Positions 9,708 through 16,995 of a stretch of 64,000 nucleotides of DNA are shown here, in pieces. The notes under the pieces were generated by a model. It searched no databases, was not told the DNA's origin, and saw only the letters and a program-made list of their open reading frames with translations. The position numbers were made by a program, and so were the translations under genes. The stretch lies in contig JAMLIA010000002.1 of NCBI GenBank assembly GCA_023954495.1, forward strand, positions 10,742 to 74,741, read 5' to 3'. Within the stretch, counting starts at the first letter, position 1. Each line of letters begins with the position of its first letter. Source of the DNA: Thermomicrobiales bacterium (lineage in GTDB: Bacteria > Chloroflexota > Chloroflexia > Thermomicrobiales > CFX8).

Positions 9708-10304
9708 ATTGCAGCGTTGGCTTTCACGCGCGTGTAATCCGGTCAGGCATTGCTCAACGCAGGCGGTCGCGGATTGAGCGGGATCGGCGTTGCCTCGATC
9801 GTCTTTCCAGATCGGTCGAGCATGCGGATGATCGCCTCGCCAGACCAAAGCACCGGTGATCGAAGTGGCGCGTAGATGAGCACGCTCCTCAAATCCTCTC
9901 CATTGCTGCCTCTGATCAGCGTGCAAGAACGTGGCTCTGCGGCATAAACCACGATGAATCAATGCATACGGATCCGCAAACATGAATGTACTGATCTGAG
10001 TCTCCTCTTGCTAACGGACTACAGATGTACAGAGCGTCATGTGGGAATCCTGCGTGTAGCGCCGACTTTCTGACGCAAAGATGCGTCGCGTTGCTATACT
10101 ACGTCTCAGGATTCCTGTCATAACTGTCGTTTCAGCGTCGCCTGTGCGGTCAGCATCGCTGATGACCAGGAGAGGTGCCCGGACGGGTACCAATCTTGAC
10201 TCGTGGCGAGCGTTGCGCTCTGGCTGATCTCAAACGATTCGTGTGGCTGGCTGCACGTAAGCAGATTGGATTCTTGACACCGATTGTACAGGGAGGCATG
10301 TACC

Positions 10305-13300
10305 ATGCTCGGTTTCGCGATCCGCACCTCAGCGATGCTCGCGCTGCTTGTGAGTATCTTTGTTTGGTCAGCGAGACCTGCCCATGCCGCAACGATCGAC
10401 ATATGCCCGGCAGACTGGGTGGCTCTTGATACTGCAATACGGGATGCTGGACCTGGCGGCGTCGTACGGTTCACCTGTTCCAAAGCACTCGACTCAGGGG
10501 CTCAGATCGAGTTGGCGAACGTTACGATTGATGGCAACGGGTTCTCGGTGATTTTGCGAGCGGTAGCCGGAGATCGGCTGTTTCGGATAACATCTGGCGT
10601 CGTCGCATTGAACGGCTTGACTCTTCTGGGTGGACTCGCCACAGAAGGGGCCGCAATCTATGTGCAGACAGCAGCCAACCTGTCGATCTCGAACAGCACA
10701 ATCGGCAATAGTTCCTGGCCCTTCAATGATTCAACGTTTGAAGGAGGGGCGATTTATAATCGTGGGACGCTACTGATTAGTGACAGCGTGTTCACCCAAA
10801 ACTACGCTGCATACGGCGGGGCGATTTCGAACCGTGACGGGAATCTCAAGATTCGCCACAGCACGTTCTCCCGGAACGATGCGAGCACCGGTGGCGCGAT
10901 CTATTCGACGGGTGGAGTCCTCGATATCGAACGAAGCAGCATCACACGTAACACCGCCGGGAACGGTGGCGCAATCGAGAGTAGCAGCACAACAACGCTA
11001 GTCAACAGTACTGTTAGCAACAACGAATCCGATATCTACGGCGGAGGAATTCGAACGATTGGAGGAACCTTCGTCAGCATAAACAGTACCATTGCATATA
11101 ACAAGTCGATTTATGGCGCAGGCATTACCGTCATGGGCGATTCAAACGTGTTTTTTCTCAACACTATTCTCGCAAACAGCGACGGTCCCAACTGTACCTT
11201 ACTATCCCCACCTGAGTCCGACTATGCCGTATTTCTCGGTGGGAATCTCTCGACAGACGCCACGTGTCCCAATGTGACCGAGGTCACGTTAGCCGATCTC
11301 AAACTGGGTCCACTGCCAGACCTCATCACTCAGGAGCTGATCCATAAACCTGGGGCTGGTTCAGTAGCGATCCGTGCTGGCGTCCCAGGTGTTTGTGCAG
11401 CGCCGCCTGTGAGCGGTATGGATCAACGTGGCAAGCCGCGTGGAACTGTGGTGTGCGACAGCGGCGCGTACGATACAAACAGTGGGCCGGCCTTCACTCC
11501 GCCGATCATTACGCCACTACTCAACCCCGCGCTACCATCCGGGGCAAACGGCTGGTACACCGGCGACGTCACACTGAACTGGATAGTCACCGAGCCCGAC
11601 GTACCCGAAACGCTGGCAATGACTGGTTGTGAAAGCCAGTCGGTCTTGACGGATCAGGTCAAGGTTGATTATTCGTGTCAGGCCAGTTCCGCCGATGGCG
11701 ATACGGGGCCAGTGGTTGTGACGATCGGCCGAGACACGACGCCGCCGGTTGTCGCCGTCACCGGCGTTACTGATGGTGCGACCTACGCGCTCGGCGCAGT
11801 CCCAACGGCGGGTTGCTCGACAACCGATGCGACGTCCGGCGTCGCGCTTCAGGCACGATTGCTGACAGATGGCGGCCCCCTCGGAGAGGTGACTGCGACC
11901 TGCGTCACTGGCGTGGACTATGCCGGGAACATCGCCTGGGCATCGGCGACCTATACGGTGAAAGAGAGTGGCACTTCTTCTCCAGAAATTGAGTACACGC
12001 TGGATCCCGCGACACCAACGGGCAGTAACGGATGGTACGTCGGTGATGTCTCGCTGCACTGGACGATACCTGATGTCGATTTGCCAGACTCCGTAGTGCT
12101 GACAGGGTGCGAGGACCAGACGATCACCGCTGATCAGGTGAAGACAACGTACACATGCGCTGCTACGTTCGAAGGTGGCGCTGCGGGGCCTGTATCCGTC
12201 GAGATTGGCCGTGACGCGACTCCACCTGCCGTCACGATCACCGGAGTAACCAACGGTGCGACCTATCCGCTACTCGAAGTCCCGTCGGCTGGTTGCGAGA
12301 CAGCGGACGCTACGTCCGGTGTGGCGACCGAGGCAACAGTATCGACACAGGGCGGGCCGTTTGGCGTGATCACGGTGCGTTGCAGCGGCGCGACCGATCA
12401 CGCTGGAAACAGCGGCTCAGCGGAGATGACGTACACGGTCGTGGATGGCACGCCGCCGACAGTTTCGTATTCGCTCGATCCAGGCAGCCCGACCGGCAGT
12501 AATGGCTGGTACACGGAGGATGTGACCCTGACGTGGATCGTCACTGAGACTGATACTCCGGACACTCTAACGCAGGTCGGATGCGCAAACCAGGCAATCA
12601 CGGCGGACCAGTCGAAGACGACGTATTCCTGTCAGGCTACCTCGGATGGTGGCTCTTCGAGCGTGGTCAACGTCGTCATTGGCCGTGATACCGTGCCGCC
12701 TGTCGTCACGGTAACTGGCGCGACCGATGGAGCGACCTATACGGTCAGCTCTGTTCCGACCGTCGCCTGTACGACGACGGATACGACCTCCGGCGTGTTG
12801 TCCGAGGCGACGATGACACACAGTGGCGGTCCGCTCGGTATGATCACAGTCACGTGTGCTGACGGTCAGGACGATGCTGGCAACCTCAGTTCGGCGACAA
12901 TCAGCTATTTCGTCACCGATGACACGCCCCCGGTCATCACCTCGACGATCAATCCAGAGACTGCAACCGGCGCGAACGGTTGGTATGTCGACGATGTCAC
13001 GCTCTCCTGGACGGTTACGGAGACTGATTCGCCGGAGTCGCTCGTTCTGAGTGGTTGCGCGGATCAGGAGATCACGTCCGATCAGCTGAAGATGACCTAC
13101 ACGTGCGCTGCTACGTCCGATGGCGGTGTCGCGGGGCCAGTATCCATCGAGATTGGCCGTGATGCAGCGCCTCCGGTTGTGACCGTTACCGGGGTGGCTG
13201 ATGGGGCAACCTATCCGTCCGACGCTGTGCCGGTTGCTGGATGTGCAACGAGTGACGCGACATCTGGCGTGGCAACCGAGGCAACATTGGTAATCACTGG

Positions 13301-15155
13301 TGGCTTGATCGGTCAGGTCACCGCGACCTGTTCAGGTGCGCTCGATCTTGCCGGTAACACAAACACCACATCGGTCACCTATACCGTTACCGATGGCACC
13401 CCACCAACCATCAGCTATCATCTCAGCCCCGAGACGCCTGACGGCAGCAACGAGTGGTACACCAGCGATGTGACTCTCACCTGGAGTGTGAGCGACCTCG
13501 AATCTCCCACATCGATTGTCCTCGACGGTTGTGAAGATCAGACGATCGTTGCTGACCAGGCGGAGACGACATATTCGTGCGGCGCCACCTCTGATGGCGG
13601 TGTGGCTACACTGATCGTCGTCGAGATTGGTCGAGATTCGACCCCGCCGACCGTCACAATCACCGGTGTGAATTCCGGCGCGACGTATACCTCGGACGCC
13701 GTCCCGTCCGCTGGTTGCACGACCAGTGACGCCACGTCCGGCGTCGCACACGAGGCTTCGCTATCGACGAGCGGAGGCCCAGTCGGCCAGGTGACAATCA
13801 CCTGCTCGGGTGCCCAGGACGTTGCGGGCAATATTGGATCTGCCACGTTGACCTTCACAGTCCTGGCGGCCGATACCACAGCGCCAGAAGTCAGCTTCAC
13901 ACTCAACCCTGTCGCGCCCGATGGTAGTGAATCCTGGTACGTCAGCGACGTGACGTTAGGCTGGATCATCATCGAGCCGGAATCGCCAGACACGCTGAGC
14001 CTGGAAGGGTGCACCGATCTGGTGGTGTCGGCTGACCAGCAGAAGACGTCATACTCATGCATCGCAACCTCTGCTGGTGGTTCGTCGCAGCACGTCAGCG
14101 CCGTTATTGGCCGTGATGCGACGCCCCCGACAGTGACAGTAACAGGAGTCGAAGATGGAGCGACGTACACGTATAGTGCGGTTCCGGCGGCTGGCTGCAC
14201 AACGACTGACGCACTGTCCGGCGTTGCGGCTGACGCGACGCTGTCACTCATCGGCGGACCTGTCGGGACGGTGAGAGCGACATGTGCCGGAGCGGCTGAT
14301 CACGCTGGCAACTCTGGATCAGCTGAGGTGACCTACAACGTTGTCGATGACACACCGCCGACCATCAACTACTCGCTGAACCCCGAGACACCGAAGGGCA
14401 GCAACGGTTGGTACACCAGCGATGTCCTCCTCCATTGGACGATCTCCGAGTCACAATCGCCTGACTCGGTCATCATCACGGGCTGTGAAGACCGGACGAT
14501 CAGCCTCGATCAAGTGAAGACGACCTACTCCTGTAGCGCGACTTCCGACGGTGGCACGGCTGCACAGGTTGATGTTGTCGTTGGCCGCGACACGTCGCTG
14601 CCAACAGTAGTCGTCACCGGCGTTGAGGATGGTGCAACGTACGTCTACGGTGCGGTACCAACGGTCGGTTGTTCTACCACCGACGCTACTTCAGGTGTTG
14701 CAGTCGATGCGACGCCAACGAGTGTTGGTGGACCAGTCGGTGAAATCACGGTCATCTGCGACGGAGCTGTCGATCATGCCGGCAACCCGGGATCGGCAAC
14801 AGCCACCATCACCGTACTCTATGACTGGCAGGGTTTCGCCTCTATATCGAATGGTCCGCGAGGCCCGCGCAAGGTTCTGGCCGGGCAGGCTATGAGTATT
14901 GTCTTCACGATACGCGGGAATGTTGGGTTGGACGCCGTGACGAGCATCACGACGATCGCCTGCAATGCAGGACCGACTGTTCAGCCGGTGCCCGCACAGC
15001 CTGCCGGGAATCGCGGCGAGCTCCAGACAACCGCTAATGGTCAATACCTGTTCCAGTGGCAGACGTCACGGGCCTGGGCTGGATCATGCCAGATTCTGCA
15101 GGTGAATCTGACTGACGGTACTACCCATGAGATGCGCGTAGAGTTCCAGCGGTAA
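10305..15155 (+). CDS. Giant secreted surface protein (1616 aa): an N-terminal right-handed beta-helix (Pmp-like GGAIY repeats), seven tandem two-domain modules, and a C-terminal PxKF-like domain
   Basis: Signal peptide MLGFAIRTSAMLALLVSIFVWSARPAHA follows a GGGAGG SD. It contains GGAIYN/GGAISN/GGAIES beta-helix repeats. Each of the seven modules carries NGWY..DVTL.W plus TPP.VTVTGV.DGATY...VP.AGC.T.DATSGV. The tail reads LYDWQGF...IVFTIRGNVGLD. Confidence 0.9.
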   Translation: MLGFAIRTSAMLALLVSIFVWSARPAHAATIDICPADWVALDTAIRDAGPGGVVRFTCSKALDSGAQIELANVTIDGNGFSVILRAVAGDRLFRITSGVVALNGLTLLGGLATEGAAIYVQTAANLSISNSTIGNSSWPFNDSTFEGGAIYNRGTLLISDSVFTQNYAAYGGAISNRDGNLKIRHSTFSRNDASTGGAIYSTGGVLDIERSSITRNTAGNGGAIESSSTTTLVNSTVSNNESDIYGGGIRTIGGTFVSINSTIAYNKSIYGAGITVMGDSNVFFLNTILANSDGPNCTLLSPPESDYAVFLGGNLSTDATCPNVTEVTLADLKLGPLPDLITQELIHKPGAGSVAIRAGVPGVCAAPPVSGMDQRGKPRGTVVCDSGAYDTNSGPAFTPPIITPLLNPALPSGANGWYTGDVTLNWIVTEPDVPETLAMTGCESQSVLTDQVKVDYSCQASSADGDTGPVVVTIGRDTTPPVVAVTGVTDGATYALGAVPTAGCSTTDATSGVALQARLLTDGGPLGEVTATCVTGVDYAGNIAWASATYTVKESGTSSPEIEYTLDPATPTGSNGWYVGDVSLHWTIPDVDLPDSVVLTGCEDQTITADQVKTTYTCAATFEGGAAGPVSVEIGRDATPPAVTITGVTNGATYPLLEVPSAGCETADATSGVATEATVSTQGGPFGVITVRCSGATDHAGNSGSAEMTYTVVDGTPPTVSYSLDPGSPTGSNGWYTEDVTLTWIVTETDTPDTLTQVGCANQAITADQSKTTYSCQATSDGGSSSVVNVVIGRDTVPPVVTVTGATDGATYTVSSVPTVACTTTDTTSGVLSEATMTHSGGPLGMITVTCADGQDDAGNLSSATISYFVTDDTPPVITSTINPETATGANGWYVDDVTLSWTVTETDSPESLVLSGCADQEITSDQLKMTYTCAATSDGGVAGPVSIEIGRDAAPPVVTVTGVADGATYPSDAVPVAGCATSDATSGVATEATLVITGGLIGQVTATCSGALDLAGNTNTTSVTYTVTDGTPPTISYHLSPETPDGSNEWYTSDVTLTWSVSDLESPTSIVLDGCEDQTIVADQAETTYSCGATSDGGVATLIVVEIGRDSTPPTVTITGVNSGATYTSDAVPSAGCTTSDATSGVAHEASLSTSGGPVGQVTITCSGAQDVAGNIGSATLTFTVLAADTTAPEVSFTLNPVAPDGSESWYVSDVTLGWIIIEPESPDTLSLEGCTDLVVSADQQKTSYSCIATSAGGSSQHVSAVIGRDATPPTVTVTGVEDGATYTYSAVPAAGCTTTDALSGVAADATLSLIGGPVGTVRATCAGAADHAGNSGSAEVTYNVVDDTPPTINYSLNPETPKGSNGWYTSDVLLHWTISESQSPDSVIITGCEDRTISLDQVKTTYSCSATSDGGTAAQVDVVVGRDTSLPTVVVTGVEDGATYVYGAVPTVGCSTTDATSGVAVDATPTSVGGPVGEITVICDGAVDHAGNPGSATATITVLYDWQGFASISNGPRGPRKVLAGQAMSIVFTIRGNVGLDAVTSITTIACNAGPTVQPVPAQPAGNRGELQTTANGQYLFQWQTSRAWAGSCQILQVNLTDGTTHEMRVEFQR
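11499..14816 (+). repeat. Seven in-frame tandem coding repeats of about 474 nt (~158 aa) inside the giant protein gene
   Basis: Repeat starts lie near 11499, 11976, 12453, 12930, 13400, 13880 and 14355. The copies are diverged at DNA level, but four Cys per unit and the GWY/DATSGV motifs are conserved. Confidence 0.9.
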
Positions 15156-15164
15156 CCGCGCCAA

Positions 15165-15200
15165 CGCAACAGCCATCCGTCCAGACGGATGGCTGTTGCG
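15165..15200. terminator. Hairpin between convergent genes, a likely bidirectional terminator
   Basis: CGCAACAGCCATCCGTC / GACGGATGGCTGTTGCG form a nearly perfect ~16-bp palindrome, 10 nt after the stop of the giant gene. Confidence 0.6.
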
Positions 15201-15276
15201 CGTATACGAGGCGGTACGGAGCATTGATCCAAGAGCCTGCCGACTTCGAATGCAGTTGTTGTGTTGCCCGTTGATC

Positions 15277-15861
15277 CTACCAGCGTCCCCAGTGCACGAC
15301 CTGATCCGGCTCCTTGCGGCCTCGGCGGGCGGGCTTGGATGGCACCGGGTAGCCGACCGCGATCGCGCCAATCGGGTCGAAACCGTCTGGCACGCCGAAC
15401 GCTTCGCGGAGCGGTGCAGGATCGCGGACGCTGAAGAAGATCGCGCCGAGACCAGCGTCGACGACGCTCAGCAGCATGGTCATCGAGGCGTACGCGGTGT
15501 CGACGTACCAGTGCGGTATGCGCCAGCGTGCCTCGTAGTTTGCCGGGAAGCCCTTGTCCGGCTCGGCGTAGCGGTCGAGATACGCCTGCTTGTGGGCGAA
15601 GGGTACGATGATGACCGGCGCGGTATGCATCGATGGCGAGCCGGTTTCCTCTTCCTGGCCCGGAAGGTTCGTAACCTTCCAGAACGTTGCACGGTCCTCC
15701 GCCGACTCCAGCACCAGAAAACCCCAGCCCTGACTGTGGCCAGCCGACGGCGCACGCGTCCCGTTCCTTACGATCCGCTCAACGACTTCACGCGGCACTG
15801 ATCGCTCCGGATCGAACTGCCGGTGCATCCGTCGCTTGCGGACAACTTCCTGAAATTCCAT
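15277..15861 (-). CDS. Nitroreductase-family flavoprotein
   Basis: MEFQEVVRKRRMHRQFDPERSVPREVVERIVRNGTRAPSAGHSQGWGFLVLE is the typical nitroreductase N-terminal R-x-x-R/S-x-x-N signature. An alternative ATG lies at 15879. Confidence 0.85.
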   Translation of the reverse strand: MEFQEVVRKRRMHRQFDPERSVPREVVERIVRNGTRAPSAGHSQGWGFLVLESAEDRATFWKVTNLPGQEEETGSPSMHTAPVIIVPFAHKQAYLDRYAEPDKGFPANYEARWRIPHWYVDTAYASMTMLLSVVDAGLGAIFFSVRDPAPLREAFGVPDGFDPIGAIAVGYPVPSKPARRGRKEPDQVVHWGRW

Positions 15862-16063
15862 TGCCTCTCCTCGCAGCATGGATGCGTCTTGGCTCGAGCA
15901 TTGTAGTGCGCTCGCTCCGGATCATCGCAGATGTGCGAGCGCAGGTTAGCTGAACAGGTACCTGGTTGATGCCATATGCGCCGATTGAATCGCGCCAGGT
16001 GGATGAAATCCTTACACTGCATTCAGTGCCTACCAAAGGTAGAAAGTAAGACAGGAGGGGCGG

Positions 16064-16309
16064 ATGCAGACGGCAACACTCTCGTCCAAGGGGCAATTGA
16101 CAATCCCGAAGCACATTCGCGATCAGTTGAGTCTCCGAGAAGGTGACCGGGTCATCGCGACAATTGAGGACGGCAAAATCGTTCTCTATCCGGTCGCGCG
16201 GGCTGGAGTTCGCGGGTTGCGTGGAGCGTTCGCCGGATTGCGGCCGTACCCCGGTCGCGAGGTTAAACACGAGGCTGCGAGCGAGGCTCGGCGACCCGTG
16301 GGGGAATGA
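16064..16309 (+). CDS. vapB: AbrB/MazE/SpoVT-type antitoxin (VapB-like)
   Basis: MQTATLSSKGQLTIPKHIRDQLSLREGDRVIATIEDGKIVLYPV is a swapped-hairpin AbrB fold signature. An AGGAGGGG SD precedes it, and the PIN gene starts 4 nt downstream. Confidence 0.85.
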   Translation: MQTATLSSKGQLTIPKHIRDQLSLREGDRVIATIEDGKIVLYPVARAGVRGLRGAFAGLRPYPGREVKHEAASEARRPVGE

Positions 16310-16312
16310 CGC

Positions 16313-16723
16313 ATGCCGACGGGTCTCGTTGACGCCAATATCATCCTCCGCTATCTCACAAACGATCCGCCTGAAATGTCCGACCTTGCTACTGCGCTTT
16401 TCGATGCCGTTGCAGAGGGTCGCGAGTCCGTCTGGCTTGAGGACGCCGTACTGGCCGAGGTCGTCTGGACGCTGCGGTCGTCTTATCGTGCCGACCTGCG
16501 CGACATCGCAGACCGTCTGCTGGATCTGGTGGCGGATGACCACGTCCTCAACCATGACTCCTCGACGCTGATGGCAGCGCTCACGCTCTATAAGGAATTC
16601 AACATCGGGTTCGCCGATGCCATCCTTGTAGCATGATCGCTCACTCACGAGGATCTTGACGTCATTTCGTTCGATCGTGGCCTCGACCGCGTGCCTGGTA
16701 TGCAGCGCCGTGAACCCTCCTGA
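16313..16723 (+). pseudogene. vapC: PIN-domain VapC toxin interrupted by an in-frame TGA at 16634-16636
   Basis: N-terminus is LVDANIILRYL (first PIN Asp). The frame reads ...FADAILVA-TGA-SLTHEDLDVISFDRGLDRVPGMQRREPS-TGA. The segment after the stop is in the same frame and carries the conserved C-terminal SFD acidic residue. The uninterrupted length of 136 aa is typical for VapC. Confidence 0.8.
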
Positions 16724-16995
16724 TGGATCAGCGACCACCAACTGTTTCGGCGTTTGCTCTCTGCGCTGGTGCGCGTACCCCCATCAGTCTTCCCAGATCT
16801 TTGCCCAACTTACTCGCAATCTTGCCCTGTACATATTTTGTCACTCGTGGTAGTCTGAGCCAGCGATATTTCAATGAGGTCAATCGGTACGGGGGATCCA
16901 GCGAAGCTGCGAGCACGCGCGGCTGCGGTGGTGCGCACGGGGGATGACTATGCCCGCCACGCGGGATAGTTGCCTTCGCCTGAACACGAGTTGGG

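Noticed and set aside
9743-9952. A 69-codon minus-strand ORF (MVYAAEPRSCTLIRGSNGEDLRSVLIYAPLRSPVLWSGEAIIRMLDRSGKTIEATPIP...).
   Set aside because: GC3 is moderate and I recognised no motif, SD or partner. It may be a gene remnant. I did not list it as a feature because the support is insufficient.
11499-14816. Periodic DNA repeats considered as a possible CRISPR or satellite array.
   Set aside because: The period is about 474 nt, the repeats are in-frame and diverged, and they encode a conserved protein module. There are no short direct repeats with unique spacers anywhere in the window.
16634-16636. The in-frame TGA in vapC read as selenocysteine, or as a sign of an alternative genetic code.
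   Set aside because: TGA clearly terminates many well-defined genes in this window (for example the giant genes, vapB and sdpI). There is no SECIS-like hairpin immediately downstream, and PIN domains have no Sec or Cys at this position.
15788-16741. A 317-aa minus-strand ORF spanning the vapBC locus. Similar long antisense ORFs occur at 42899-43783, 59918-61174, 26211-26999, 27172-27975, 31333-32193, 32799-33833, 56677-57498 and 46161-46850.
   Set aside because: These are typical high-GC shadow ORFs. They are Arg/Ala/Pro-rich low-complexity translations with no motifs, and each lies fully antisense to a gene with strong family signatures.
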